64,000 nt of DNA from an uncultured Candidatus Rokubacteria bacterium (GTDB lineage: Bacteria; Methylomirabilota; Methylomirabilia; Rokubacteriales; CSP1-6), in assembly GCA_963762145.1 (NCBI GenBank), contig CAVXJS010000021.1, forward strand, positions 736,001 through 800,000, in the 5' to 3' direction. Each line of letters starts with the position of its first letter. Position 1 is the first letter of the stretch. The notes beneath the pieces are model-generated. The model ran no database searches and was not told where the DNA came from. It worked only from the letters and a program-made list of their open reading frames with translations. Shown here one piece after another: positions 50,500 through 60,798 of this stretch. A program made the translations under genes and the position numbers.

Positions 50500-51502
50500 A
50501 GATCCTCGCCTCCGGCCCCAGCGGGCCGGCGACCGAGCTCGACCCGCTCCGCGCGGCCGGCCACGAGGTGGTGATCGGCCGGCCGCTCGATCAGCCCGGG
50601 CGCGCGCGCGTACACCGAGGCCGACCTGCGGCGCGGCCGCGCGCGACGCCCACGTCATCCTCGCCTCGCATCTCGACGCGATCACCCGCGGGGTGATGGA
50701 GGCGGCGGCGCAGCTCCGCCTCGTCATCGTGCCGTTCATCGGCACCGACAAGATCGACATCGAGGCCGCCTCGCGGCTCGGCATCCTGGTGGCCAACAGC
50801 CCGACGCCGGAGAACTTCATCGCGGTGGCGGAGGCCACCGTGGCGCTCACCCTGATGCTGCAGAAGCGCATCAAGCACAACGAGGCCAAGCTGCGCCGCG
50901 GGGAGTGGGCGCAGCGGGGGGACCGCGGCGAGTTCCTCTTCGGCAAGACGGTGGGGCTGGTCGGCCTCGGCCGCGTCGGCTCGCACGTGGCGCGGCGCCT
51001 GGTGAACTGGGACGTGCGCCTGCTCGCCGCCGATCCCTACGTCTCCGCGGAGCGGGTCCGCTCGCTCGGCGCCACCCTGGTGGACCTGCCGACCCTGCTC
51101 GCCGAGAGCGACGTGGTGTCGCTGCACGCCTCGCTGACCGACGAGACGCGGACCCTGATCGGCGAGAAGGCGCTGCGGGCCATGAAGCCCACCGCGATCC
51201 TCATCAATACCGCCCGCGGCGAGATCGCGGACGAGGAGGCGATCGCCCGCGCGCTCACCGAGGGCTGGATCGCGGGCGCCGCGCTCGACGCCTTCACGCG
51301 CGAGCCCCTGCCCGCCGCGAGCCCGCTGCGCGCGGTGGACCCCGAGCGGCTGATCCTCACGCCCCACAACGTGAGCCATAGCGAGGCGGGCCGCCGCGCG
51401 AACCTCGCGCTCGCGCTGGAGCAGATCCTGGCCGCGGGCCGCGGCGAAGCGCCGGCCCACTGTGTGAACCCGGAGGCGATTCCGCGCTGGAGGAGCTCAT
51501 GA
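50496..51502 (+). CDS. D-isomer-specific 2-hydroxyacid dehydrogenase (frameshift near 50610-50640)
   Basis: GLVGLGRVG, NTARG, ALDAF, TPHN. Confidence 0.88.
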
Positions 51503-52527
51503 GCCAGGCCGCGTATCCGATCCTCGACGCCGACGGCCACATCACCGAGTCCATCGAGCAGGTCGCCAAGTACCTCGACGCGCCCTACAACCGGCGGCCG
51601 CTCAACTTCTCGTTCTACCCGTGGGACGGCTGGGACCGGCGGCTCCTCGGCACGCTGGGCGACACGGCGGGCACCGCGGAGCAATGGCTGCGCGCGCTCG
51701 ACCGGGGCGGCATGGAGCAGGCGGTGCTCTATCCCACGCTCGGGCTCTTCCTCTCCTTCCTGAAAGACCGCGAGTGGGCGGTGGCCCTCTGCCGCGCCTA
51801 CAACACGTTCCTGCACGAGGAGTTCGTCAAGAAGAGCCCGCGGCTGCACGCGGTCGCGCTGCTGCCGGTGCAGGATCCCGACGCGGCCGCGCGCGAGCTG
51901 CGGCGCGCGGTGACCGAGCTCGGCCTGGTGGGCGCGATGCTCGCGGCCGACGGCAGCCACCTGCTGGGGGACGCGCGCTTCCGGCCGATCTACGAGGAAG
52001 CGGACCGCCTCGACGTGATGCTGGGCATCCACGCCTCCGGCTCCCACCTGGGCGGCGCGGGGGTGGACCTCTTCCCGCAGTTCATCCAGGCCCACACCTG
52101 CTCGCACGCGTTCGGGCAGATGCGGCAGATCACCTCGATGGTCTTCGAGGGCATCCCGGAGCGCTTCCCGCGGCTGCGCATCGCCTATCTCGAAGCCGGA
52201 TGCGGCTGGGCGCCCTACTGGGCGGAGCGGATGGACGACGAGTACGCCAAGCGCGCCTCCGAAGCGCCCGCGCTCACCCGCAAGCCCAGCGACTACATCC
52301 GGAGCGGCTCCATCTTCTTCTCCTGCGAGGCCGACGAGTGGCTGCTGCCGCAGGCGCTCAAGCTCATCGGCGAGAACCAGATCGTCTACGCCTCCGACTT
52401 CCCCCACTGGGACCACAGCTATCCCGCCTCCCTCGACGAGATCCGCGACCGGGGCGACATCAGCGACCTCCAGAAGCGGAAGATCCTCTCCGACAACACG
52501 CGGAGGCTCTACGGACTCAAGGGATGA
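51499..52527 (+). CDS. Amidohydrolase_2 family protein
   Basis: DADGH, LYPT, RFP.L....LEAG, SDFPHWD. Confidence 0.9.
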   Translation: MSQAAYPILDADGHITESIEQVAKYLDAPYNRRPLNFSFYPWDGWDRRLLGTLGDTAGTAEQWLRALDRGGMEQAVLYPTLGLFLSFLKDREWAVALCRAYNTFLHEEFVKKSPRLHAVALLPVQDPDAAARELRRAVTELGLVGAMLAADGSHLLGDARFRPIYEEADRLDVMLGIHASGSHLGGAGVDLFPQFIQAHTCSHAFGQMRQITSMVFEGIPERFPRLRIAYLEAGCGWAPYWAERMDDEYAKRASEAPALTRKPSDYIRSGSIFFSCEADEWLLPQALKLIGENQIVYASDFPHWDHSYPASLDEIRDRGDISDLQKRKILSDNTRRLYGLKG

Positions 52528-53428
52528 CGCCGCCTCGGCTCCCGTCGCGCTGATCGGGGCGCACAAGCGCTACGGGGACGTCGAGGCGCTCCGCGGGATC
52601 GATCTCACCATCCACCGCGGCGAGGTCGTCGCGATGCTGGGGCCGAACGGCGCGGGCAAGACCACGTCCATCAGCCTGATGCTCGGCCTGCGCCAGCCCA
52701 CCGCGGGACAGGCGCGCCTCTTCGGCCTGCCGCCCACCGACCGCCGCGCGCGCAGCCGCTGCGGGGTGATGCTGCAGGAGTCGGGCACCACCAGCGTGCT
52801 GACCGTGCGCGAGATCGTGGACGTCTTCCGGGTCTATTACCCCGCCCCGCTCCCCGCCGAGCGCGCCATCGCGATGGCGGGGCTCGACGCGCAGGCCGGC
52901 GCGCGGGTCGGTACGCTCTCGGGGGGCCAGCGCCAGCGCCTCTACTTCGCGCTCGCGATCTGCGGCGATCCCGACGTCTTGTTCCTGGACGAGCCCACCG
53001 TGGGCATGGACGTGGAGGCCCGGCGCGCCTTCACGGCCAGCATCCGGACGCTCTCCGCCGCGGGCAAGACCATCGTGTTCACCACCCACTACCTGCGCGA
53101 GGCCGAGGAGCTGGCGCGGCGGATCATCGTGATCGACCGCGGGGCGGTCATCGCGGACGCGAGCCCGCAGGAGCTGAAGGCGCGGGTGCCGGGCAAGAAG
53201 ATCACCCTGGTCGCGGGGCGGCCGTTCGCCCCTGCCGATCTCGACGGCCTGCCCGCGCGGGTCCTGAGCGCCGGCGGCGAGCGTGCGAGCCTGCTCAGCA
53301 ACGAGCCGGCCGCGGTGCTGCGCGAGCTGTTCCGGCGCGGCGTGGACGTGGTGGACCTGGAGGTGACGGGGGCCGATCTCGAGGAGGCGTTCCTCGCGCT
53401 GACCCGGCGGGGGGAGGGCTCGTCGTGA
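52524..53428 (+). CDS. ABC-2 exporter ATP-binding protein (frameshift near the start)
   Basis: GPNGAGKT, LSGGQ, LDEPT, TTH. Confidence 0.92.
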
Positions 53429-54228
53429 GCGTCGCCGCGCCGCCGTCCACCGCGAGGCTCGACGTCGCGCCGCTCGGGCGCATGCTGCTGGCGCAAACGT
53501 GGAGCGAGCTGCGCATCCGCTGGCGCATCCCCGCCTTCAGCGTGACCATCGTGGCGCTGCCGGTGCTCTTCTTCACCTTCTTCGGGCTGCCCTACGCGAA
53601 GCAGACCCTGCCCAACGGCATGAGCCTCGGCGCCTACCTGGTCGCCTCGTTCGCGGCGTACAGCGTGGGGAGCGTGATGGTGTTCGGCTTCGGCATCGGG
53701 GTGGCCACCGAACGCGGGCTGAAGGTCGACGTGCTGATGCGCGCGACGCCGCTGCCGCCCCTGATCGCGATCCTGGCCAAGGTGCTGAACGCGCTCTTCT
53801 ACGCGCTGCTCTCGCTCGTGGTCCTGATCGTCTACGCGGTCGTGGTGGGCGGGATCCGCCAGGACCTCACGGTGTGGCTCGACATGATCGCGCGCCTGCT
53901 CGCGGGCTCGGTGCCGTTCATCGCGCTGGGCTTCGCCATCGGCTACCTCTGCGGCCCCAACGTGGCGCCCGCGGTCGCCAACCTGGTCTACCTGCCGCTG
54001 ACGTTCGCCTCCGGGCTTTTCATGCCGCTCTCCCAGCTCCCCGGCTTCGTGCGCGTCATCGCGCCCTATCTCCCCGCCTACCACTACGGCCAGCTCGGCT
54101 GGAGCGCGCTCGGAGCCAACACCGAGCGCCTGCCCGTGAGTCTCGCGTGGCTCGCCGGCTACACCTGCCTGTTCCTCGCGATCGCGATCCGCGCCTACCG
54201 CAAAGAAGAGTCCCGCAAATTCGGCTAG
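53425..54228 (+). CDS. ABC-2 exporter permease (YvfS-like)
   Basis: 6 TM; ATER...RATPL, SGLFMP, LPAYH. Confidence 0.9.
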   Translation: MSVAAPPSTARLDVAPLGRMLLAQTWSELRIRWRIPAFSVTIVALPVLFFTFFGLPYAKQTLPNGMSLGAYLVASFAAYSVGSVMVFGFGIGVATERGLKVDVLMRATPLPPLIAILAKVLNALFYALLSLVVLIVYAVVVGGIRQDLTVWLDMIARLLAGSVPFIALGFAIGYLCGPNVAPAVANLVYLPLTFASGLFMPLSQLPGFVRVIAPYLPAYHYGQLGWSALGANTERLPVSLAWLAGYTCLFLAIAIRAYRKEESRKFG

Positions 54229-54257
54229 CTTGGGGTCAGCGGCTAGCTCGGGGTCAG
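54222..54257 (+). repeat. 18-bp tandem duplication at the left end of element copy 2
   Basis: CGGCTAGCTTGGGGTCAG / CGGCTAGCTCGGGGTCAG. Confidence 0.85.
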
Positions 54258-54333
54258 GTCTTACATTCCGACATTTCCGTGCGGCCCGCTTTCGCGCGAC
54301 GCAGAAAAATGTCGGAATGTAAGACCTGACCCC
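54250..54333. repeat. Palindromic REP/MITE-like element, copy 2
   Basis: 27-bp perfect arms GGGGTCAGGTCTTACATTCCGACATTT and its reverse complement, 30-bp spacer. Confidence 0.92.
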
Positions 54334-55566
54334 TTACAAAGCGGCCTTGTTGGCGCGGAGGGTCTTGATCTCGTCGGCGGAGTAGCCGAGCGAGGCGAGG
54401 ACGGTGTCGGTGTGCTCGCCGCGCAGCGGAGCGGCGGTGCGGACCCCGGGGGACATGCGCGAGAAGTGGAGCGGGGTGCCGACGACCGGGATCTCGCCGA
54501 GCTTGGGATGCATCACGCGCTGCACGATCCCGCGCTCGGCGGTCTGCGGGTCGTTCATCACCTGGTCCACCGTGTTCACCGGCGTGGCGGGGACGTCGGC
54601 CTGGGAGGGGCCGGGTCGAGGCGCCGATGGTTCCGCCTCGAGCCGCTTGAGCAGGGGCTCGCGGTCGAGGGCGCCGATGGTCTTCTCGAGAATGCCCTCG
54701 AGCTCCGCCCGGTTGGCCACGCGCCCCTGGTTCTTCTCGAAGCGCGGGTCGGCGGCCATCTCGGTCAGGCCCAGGGCCTTCGCGAGCTTCTGCCAGAACC
54801 GGTCGTTGGCGGCGGCGATGAAGATCCACTGCCCGTCGCCGCACTTGAAGTTGCGGTAGGGCGAGAGCGAGGGGTGCCCCGAGCCGAGCGCGCGCGGCAG
54901 CGCGCCGGTGAGCAGGTAGCCCTCGGCGTGGAAGGCAAGCAGGCTCACCGCGGTCTCGAGGAGCGAGCCGTCCACCCGCTGGCCGAGGCCGGTCTTCGCG
55001 CGCTGGATGATCGCGTTGGACACGCCGAGCGCGCACAGGATACCGGTGGTGAGGTCGAGGAACGACACCCCCGCCCGCACCGGCTGGCCGCCCGGCTCCC
55101 CGGTGATGGACATGATGCCGCTGAAGGCCTGCATGAGCGCCTCGTAGCCGGGGCTGTCCTTGCGCGGCCCGGTGCGCCCGAACGCGGAGACCGAGCAGTA
55201 GATCAGCCGCGGATTGATCTGGGCCAGCACGTCGTAGCCCAGACCGAACGACTCCATGGTCCCGGTGCGGAAGTTCTCGATGACCACGTCCGCGTCCTTG
55301 ACGAGCCGCTTGACCACCTCCACCGCCTCCGGCCGCTTGAGATCCAGCGCGATCCCGCGCTTGTTGCGGTTGAAGAGCAGGTACGCGGCGGCCTCGCCGT
55401 CCTTGTGGGGCGGCCACGTGCGCGACTCGTCGCCGGGCCCGGTGTCCTCCACCTTGATGACGTCGGCACCGAGGTCGGCGAGCAGCGCGCCGCACCAGGG
55501 CCCCGCGATGACGCGGGAGAGATCGATCACACGGATGCCGTCGAGCGAGAGGGCGGGGTTGGTCAT
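54334..55566 (-). CDS. CaiB/BaiF family III CoA-transferase
   Basis: LDGIRVIDL, GADVIKVE, NRNKR, ENFR, DLTTG. Confidence 0.93.
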   Translation of the reverse strand: MTNPALSLDGIRVIDLSRVIAGPWCGALLADLGADVIKVEDTGPGDESRTWPPHKDGEAAAYLLFNRNKRGIALDLKRPEAVEVVKRLVKDADVVIENFRTGTMESFGLGYDVLAQINPRLIYCSVSAFGRTGPRKDSPGYEALMQAFSGIMSITGEPGGQPVRAGVSFLDLTTGILCALGVSNAIIQRAKTGLGQRVDGSLLETAVSLLAFHAEGYLLTGALPRALGSGHPSLSPYRNFKCGDGQWIFIAAANDRFWQKLAKALGLTEMAADPRFEKNQGRVANRAELEGILEKTIGALDREPLLKRLEAEPSAPRPGPSQADVPATPVNTVDQVMNDPQTAERGIVQRVMHPKLGEIPVVGTPLHFSRMSPGVRTAAPLRGEHTDTVLASLGYSADEIKTLRANKAAL

Positions 55567-55632
55567 GGCGCGTACTATACCGCCGTTGGCGGTGTATATT
55601 CACCCCCCGAGCACCCCTCGGAAGGAGACGCC

Positions 55633-56307
55633 ATGGAGCTCTACGACGTGATGCGCACCACCTTCTCGTGCCGCGACTTCACCGCCGATCCCCTCCCCGA
55701 CGCGACGCTCTACCAGATCCTCGACCGCGCGCGCTTCGCCCCCAGCGGCGGCAACCGCCAGGGCTGGCGCGTCATCGTGGTCCGCGACCAGAAGACGCGC
55801 GAGGGGCTCGGCGCCGCCACCGTGCCCGCGGCCAAGCGCTACGCCGCGCAGGTCGCGGTGGGCGAGAGCCCGTGGAACACGATCGTGCCCACGAAGGTGG
55901 ACGCGGCCACCGTCGAGCGCACGCCCGCGCCGCCCCGGCTGATCGAGCCGGTGTTCAAGGCGCCGGTGGTGCTGGTGATCTGCGTGGACCTGAAGGTGGT
56001 GGCCTCGATGGACTCGGAGCTCGAGCGCGTCGGCGTGATCAGCGGGGCCTCCATCTATCCGTTCGCGTGGAACATCCTGCTCGCCGCGCGCCACGAGGGC
56101 TTCGCGGGGACCATCACCACGCTGGCCGCGGCCCAGGAGCCGGCGCTGCAGACGCTGCTCGGCCTGCCCTCCCACGTGGCGGTGGCGGCGGTGATGCCGC
56201 TCGGCCGGCCGGTGAAGAACGTCACCAAGCTGACCCGCAAGCCGGTCGCGGAGTTCGCGATGCTCGAGCGCTGGGGCGGCGCGCCGCTCGGCCCCGGCCG
56301 GGGCTAG
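55633..56307 (+). CDS. Nitroreductase family protein
   Basis: RTTFSCRDF, APSGGNRQGW, NILLAAR; AAGGAG SD. Confidence 0.9.
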   Translation: MELYDVMRTTFSCRDFTADPLPDATLYQILDRARFAPSGGNRQGWRVIVVRDQKTREGLGAATVPAAKRYAAQVAVGESPWNTIVPTKVDAATVERTPAPPRLIEPVFKAPVVLVICVDLKVVASMDSELERVGVISGASIYPFAWNILLAARHEGFAGTITTLAAAQEPALQTLLGLPSHVAVAAVMPLGRPVKNVTKLTRKPVAEFAMLERWGGAPLGPGRG

Positions 56308-57959
56308 GCCCCGTCCCGGCGCAGTAGCTCGAGGATGCGCTCCCCGGTGATCTCGCCGGGGATCAGCACGTGATCGGCGCCCGCGCGCAGCAGGTCCTCC
56401 ATGTCGGTCCGCTCCTCGCCGGTCATCACGATGATCGCGCGCGGCGCGAGACGGCGCAGATTGCCCACCAGCCGGCGCGTGCTGATGCCCTTGAGAAAGG
56501 TGTCGGAGATCGTGGTCACCACGATGCGGGCCTCCTCGATCCCGAGGTGCTCGAGGGCGTCGGGATTGGCGAGATCGCCGTACTCCCAGAGGAATCCGCG
56601 GGCCCGGACCCCGTGGGCCCGATTGGCGTCGTAGTCCACCAGGGTGATGCGCTCCTTGAGCTCGGGCGCCTGCGCCTCCACCAGATCGAGCACCGCCTGG
56701 GCGATCCGGAAGTGGCCGAGCAGCACGATGCTGCGCTCCGGGCGCGGGCCCGTGGCGGGCGCGGCGGCCCCGCCCGCGGCGGGACCGCGCGCGAAGGGCC
56801 GCAGGAGCCAGCGGGCGATGCGGTCGTTGCCGATGATGAGGTAGGGCGACAGCAGCGAGGTGAGGATCATCGCGGTGAGCACCACCGCGCTCACGTGCGC
56901 CGAGACTTGACCATAGCCCGCCCCGAGGGTCAGGATCACGAGCGAGAACTCGCTGATCTGGGCGAGGTTCAGCGCGGTGACCAGACCCGCGTAGAGGCCG
57001 TTGCCCATGACGTACGCGGGGGGCAGCACCGAGAGCACGCGGCTCACCAGCACGAAGGCCACGATGAGCAGCGCATGGCCCAGGACGTCTCCGCTCGGCA
57101 CCGGCACCTTCATGCCGAGGGCCACGAAGAACAGCGTGACGAAGAAGTCGCGCACGCCGGTGACCTTGGAGATGACGTCGGCGCCGTACGGGAACGCGGA
57201 GATGCTCACCCCCGCGATCAGGGCGCCCATCGCGCGCGACAGCCCGAGCTCGTCCGCGACGCCCGCGATGCCGAAGCACCACGCCACCGAGGAGATCAGC
57301 ACCAGCTCCGGCCGGCGCGCGGACGCTTCGAGCAGCGGGGCCAGGAGGTAGCGGCTGGCCAGGAACGTGACGCCGACCAGCACCGCGCCCCCCGCGATGG
57401 ACTGCGCGATCCGGAGCACCCCCGGCTCGGCCAGGTTCGGCTGCACCGCCATGAACAGGATGGCCCAGATGTCCTGGACCACGAGGACGCCCAGGGTGAG
57501 CCGGCCCGAGAGGATCTTGAGCTCGAACTTCTCGCGCAGGAGCTTGACCACGATCAGGGTCGAGCTCAGCGAGATCACGATCGCGAGGTAGACGAGATCG
57601 AAGTGGCCGTCGGCCACCCGGTAGCCGAGCCAGGAGAAGAAGGCGAGGCCCAGCAGGCCGTTGATCGCGAACTGGCCCACCCCCAGGACCAGCATGGGGC
57701 GGCCCAGACGCTCGAGCTCGCGCAGGTCGATCTCGAGCCCGATGATGAAAAGGAGGAGGATCAGGCCGATCTCCGAGATCAGCTCGGTGCTCTCCGCGCT
57801 GGTGACGAGGCCGAAGCCCATCTGCGGGCTCAGCAGGATCCCCCCCGCGATGTAGCCCAGGAGCAGCGGCTGCTGCAGCAGCCGGGCCACGTGCCCCAGG
57901 ATCGCGGCGAACATGATCCCGAGGGCGATGTCGCGGAGCAGGGTCACGTCGTGCGGCAC
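56304..57959 (-). CDS. CPA2 (Kef-type) cation:proton antiporter with TrkA_N domain
   Basis: LLFIIGLE, SSTLIVVK, VQD, FFVALG, QISEF, YGD. Confidence 0.92.
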   Translation of the reverse strand: MPHDVTLLRDIALGIMFAAILGHVARLLQQPLLLGYIAGGILLSPQMGFGLVTSAESTELISEIGLILLLFIIGLEIDLRELERLGRPMLVLGVGQFAINGLLGLAFFSWLGYRVADGHFDLVYLAIVISLSSTLIVVKLLREKFELKILSGRLTLGVLVVQDIWAILFMAVQPNLAEPGVLRIAQSIAGGAVLVGVTFLASRYLLAPLLEASARRPELVLISSVAWCFGIAGVADELGLSRAMGALIAGVSISAFPYGADVISKVTGVRDFFVTLFFVALGMKVPVPSGDVLGHALLIVAFVLVSRVLSVLPPAYVMGNGLYAGLVTALNLAQISEFSLVILTLGAGYGQVSAHVSAVVLTAMILTSLLSPYLIIGNDRIARWLLRPFARGPAAGGAAAPATGPRPERSIVLLGHFRIAQAVLDLVEAQAPELKERITLVDYDANRAHGVRARGFLWEYGDLANPDALEHLGIEEARIVVTTISDTFLKGISTRRLVGNLRRLAPRAIIVMTGEERTDMEDLLRAGADHVLIPGEITGERILELLRRDGA

Positions 57960-58038
57960 GGGTCGCGGGCACCTCGGTCTTGAGATAGAATCGGTCGCCG
58001 TATCCTAACCAACTTTGGCAGGTTCCGAGGAGGAACTC

Positions 58039-59022
58039 GTGGAGCGACGCACACTCGGCAAGAGCTCGCTGGCGGTGTCCGCGGTCGGTCTCGGCTGCAT
58101 GTCCATGTCCAACGTGTACGGCAAGGGCGACGAGACGGAGTCCATCGCGGTCGTCCATCGCGCGCTCGACCTCGGCGTGAACTTCCTCGACTCCTCCGAC
58201 ATGTACGGCTGGGGCCAGAACGAGGAGCTGCTGGGCCGGGCCCTGCGCGGCCACCGCGACCAGGTGGTGCTCGCCACCAAGTTCGGCAACCTCCGCAAGC
58301 CGGACGGGACCGCGGGCGTCAACGGTCGCCCCGAGTACGTGCCCCAGGCCTGCGACGCGAGCCTGAAGCGCCTGGGGGTGAGCACCATCGACCTCTACCT
58401 CCAGCACCGGGTGGACCCGAGCGTGCCGATCGAGGACACGGTGGGCGCGATGTCGCGCCTGGTGGAGGCGGGCAAGGTGCGCTTCATCGGGCTGTCGGAG
58501 GCCTCCCCGGCCACCGTGCGCCGCGCGCACAAGATCTACCCGATCACCGCGCTGCAGTCCGAGTTCTCCCTGCTCTACCGCGTGGAGGCGGAGGAGACGC
58601 TGCCGACCCTGCGCGAGCTGGGCGTCTCCTTCATGGCCTACTCCCCGCTCGGTCGCAGCCTGCTGACCGGGCGCACCCGCTCCGCGGCGGAGATCCCCTC
58701 CGACGACCGGCGGCGCGACCACCCGCGCTTCCAGGAGGAGAACCTCAAGAAGAACCTCGATCTGCTGAAGCCGCTCGACGAGATGGCCCGGAAGAAGGGC
58801 TGCTCGCCCGGGCAGCTCGCGCTGGCCTGGCTGCTCGCGCGGGGCCGCGACATCGTGCCGATCCCGGGCACCAAGCGAAAGGACCGGCTGGAGGAGAACG
58901 TGGGCGCCGCGGACGTGCGCCTCACGCCCGAGGAGGTCGCCGCGCTCCAGGACGCCGTTCCAGCCGGCGCGGCCGCGGGCGAGCGCTATCCGGGGCCCGC
59001 GATGAAGTCGGTCTACATCTAG
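58039..59022 (+). CDS. Aldo/keto reductase
   Basis: GLGCM, DSSDMYG, ATKFG, HRVD, YSPLGR, PIPGT. Confidence 0.94.
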   Translation: MERRTLGKSSLAVSAVGLGCMSMSNVYGKGDETESIAVVHRALDLGVNFLDSSDMYGWGQNEELLGRALRGHRDQVVLATKFGNLRKPDGTAGVNGRPEYVPQACDASLKRLGVSTIDLYLQHRVDPSVPIEDTVGAMSRLVEAGKVRFIGLSEASPATVRRAHKIYPITALQSEFSLLYRVEAEETLPTLRELGVSFMAYSPLGRSLLTGRTRSAAEIPSDDRRRDHPRFQEENLKKNLDLLKPLDEMARKKGCSPGQLALAWLLARGRDIVPIPGTKRKDRLEENVGAADVRLTPEEVAALQDAVPAGAAAGERYPGPAMKSVYI

Positions 59023-59035
59023 GCCCCCGGCACCC

Positions 59036-59878
59036 GTGGGGGACTGGCTCGAGACGTACCGCGGCACCGTCTTCCGCTGGGAGGTGGACCCGAACGACCA
59101 CCTCACCGTGGCGTACTACTTCGCCCGCATCGCCGACGCGGGGGCGGGGCTGCTGGCCGCGGTCGGCCTGAGCGCCGCGGTCGTCCACACCGCCGACTCC
59201 TACGTACGCTACCAGCGCGAGCTGCGGGTGGGCGACATCATGCACATGGAGAGCGGCGTGATCGCGGTGGACCTCGACGCGCTGGTGCTGGGCCACAAGC
59301 TCTTCGACTCCGGCGCGGGCGTCCTCTGCACCACGGTGGAGCAGCGCGTGCGCCTCGCCGGGCCCCTGCCCGCGGAGACGCGGCGGGCCCTGGAGGCGCA
59401 CCGGGTGGGCTGGGACGGGCCCGCCCGCGAGCGGCGGCCGCGGCCGCCGGGCCTCGCGGGCTTCCGGGACAGCGCGCGCGACGTCGTCAAGCCGCTGGAG
59501 GTGGACATCTCGGGCGGCGCCGCACTCTCGCACTACATCCACCGGTTCTCGGCGGCCAACGGCCACGCCATCGCCGCGTTCGGCATGACCCCGGCCTACA
59601 TGCGCGCGGAGCACCGCGGCTTCTCCACCTTCGAGTTCCAGCTCGAGCTCGGGACCCCTCTCCGGCCGGGGGACGGCGTGCGGGTGCGCTCCGGCGTGAT
59701 GCACGTGGGCAACTCGTCGCTGCGTCTCCTGCACGTGATGACGCGGGAGCCGGGCGACGAGGTCGTGGCCACGCTCGAGCAGTCCGGCGTCCACTTCGAT
59801 CAGGACGCGCGCCGGCCCGCCCCGCTGCCCGACGGCCTGCGCGAGCGCGCGCGGGCGCTCCTCGTCAAGGACGCCTGA
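59036..59878 (+). CDS. Double-hotdog acyl-CoA thioesterase
   Basis: WEVDPNDHL..AYY and EVDISG repeats; HVGNSS. Confidence 0.8.
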   Translation: MGDWLETYRGTVFRWEVDPNDHLTVAYYFARIADAGAGLLAAVGLSAAVVHTADSYVRYQRELRVGDIMHMESGVIAVDLDALVLGHKLFDSGAGVLCTTVEQRVRLAGPLPAETRRALEAHRVGWDGPARERRPRPPGLAGFRDSARDVVKPLEVDISGGAALSHYIHRFSAANGHAIAAFGMTPAYMRAEHRGFSTFEFQLELGTPLRPGDGVRVRSGVMHVGNSSLRLLHVMTREPGDEVVATLEQSGVHFDQDARRPAPLPDGLRERARALLVKDA

Positions 59879-60741
59879 TGCCGTTGAAGCTGGGGCTCTT
59901 CTCGATGACCACCGGCCCCTGCACCTATCCGGACGGGGCGGCCCGCGTGGCGCGCGCGGCGGAGTCGGCCGGTTTCGACTCGCTGTGGGGCGGCGAGCAC
60001 GTGGTGCTGCCGGACCCGCGCGTGCCCCCGTCGCCGCTCGAGCCCGAGGACCGCATCATGGACCCGGTGGTGACGCTCGCCTTCCTGGCCGCGCACACCA
60101 CGCGCATCCGGCTCGGCACCGGCATCATCATCCTGCCGCAGCGCAACCCGCTGGTGCTGGCCAAGCAGCTCGCCTCGCTCGACGTGCTCTCCGGCGGCCG
60201 CCTGATCTTCGGCGTGGGGGTGGGCTACCTCGAGCCCGAGTTCCGCGCGCTCGGCATTCCGTTCGAGCACCGCGGCCCGGTCACCGACGAATACCTGGCC
60301 GCACTGCGGGTGATCTGGAGCGAGGCGCGGCCCGCGTATCGCGGCCGCTTCGTGAGCTTCGAAGGAGTGCAGGCGCATCCCCACCCGGTGCAGCAACCCG
60401 GGCCGCCGCTCGTGGTGGGCGGGCACACCGAGGCCGCCTTCCGGCGGGCGGTCGAGCAGGGGCACGGCTGGTACGGCTTCGCCCTCGACGAAGGCGGCGT
60501 GCAGCGGTGCCTGGACGGTCTCGGTCAGGCGGCCGCGCGGCACGCGCGACCCGCCGCGCTGGGCCCGCTCGAGATCAGCGTCACCCCGCGCCCGACCCGG
60601 GGCGGCGAGGCGATGGACCGCGCGACCGCGGACCGCTTCGCCGCGCTCGGGGTCCACCGCCTGATCCTGATGCCGCCGCGGTCACTCGACGCGGCCGGTC
60701 TCGAGCGGTTCGTGGAGAAGGCCGCCCGCGAGCTCCGCTAG
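59878..60741 (+). CDS. LLM-class F420-dependent oxidoreductase (Rv2161c-like)
   Basis: GFDSLWGGEHVVLP, LGTGIIILPQRNP, LDVLSGGR, GVGYLEPEF. Confidence 0.9.
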   Translation: MPLKLGLFSMTTGPCTYPDGAARVARAAESAGFDSLWGGEHVVLPDPRVPPSPLEPEDRIMDPVVTLAFLAAHTTRIRLGTGIIILPQRNPLVLAKQLASLDVLSGGRLIFGVGVGYLEPEFRALGIPFEHRGPVTDEYLAALRVIWSEARPAYRGRFVSFEGVQAHPHPVQQPGPPLVVGGHTEAAFRRAVEQGHGWYGFALDEGGVQRCLDGLGQAAARHARPAALGPLEISVTPRPTRGGEAMDRATADRFAALGVHRLILMPPRSLDAAGLERFVEKAARELR

Positions 60742-60798
60742 GACGCCGCCTCCCGTAGCCTCGGCGGCGACCTCGCATATGGTCCTATCCCTCTGAAT

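Noticed and set aside
45300-52600. Dense frameshifts suggesting mass pseudogenisation or programmed frameshifting (also near 19585, 28400-28660, 30900-32110 and 60960-64000)
   Set aside because: They appear as single-base indels clustered by region across unrelated genes, with catalytic motifs intact and no slippery heptamers noticed. This fits long-read consensus error; only polishing can settle it.
58021-58037. Short hairpins over SD sequences (GTTCC-GAGGA-GGAAC; also CCTTC/GAAGG near 61375-61390) as riboswitch or thermometer
   Set aside because: Only 5-6 bp stems and no recognisable aptamer; too weak to support.
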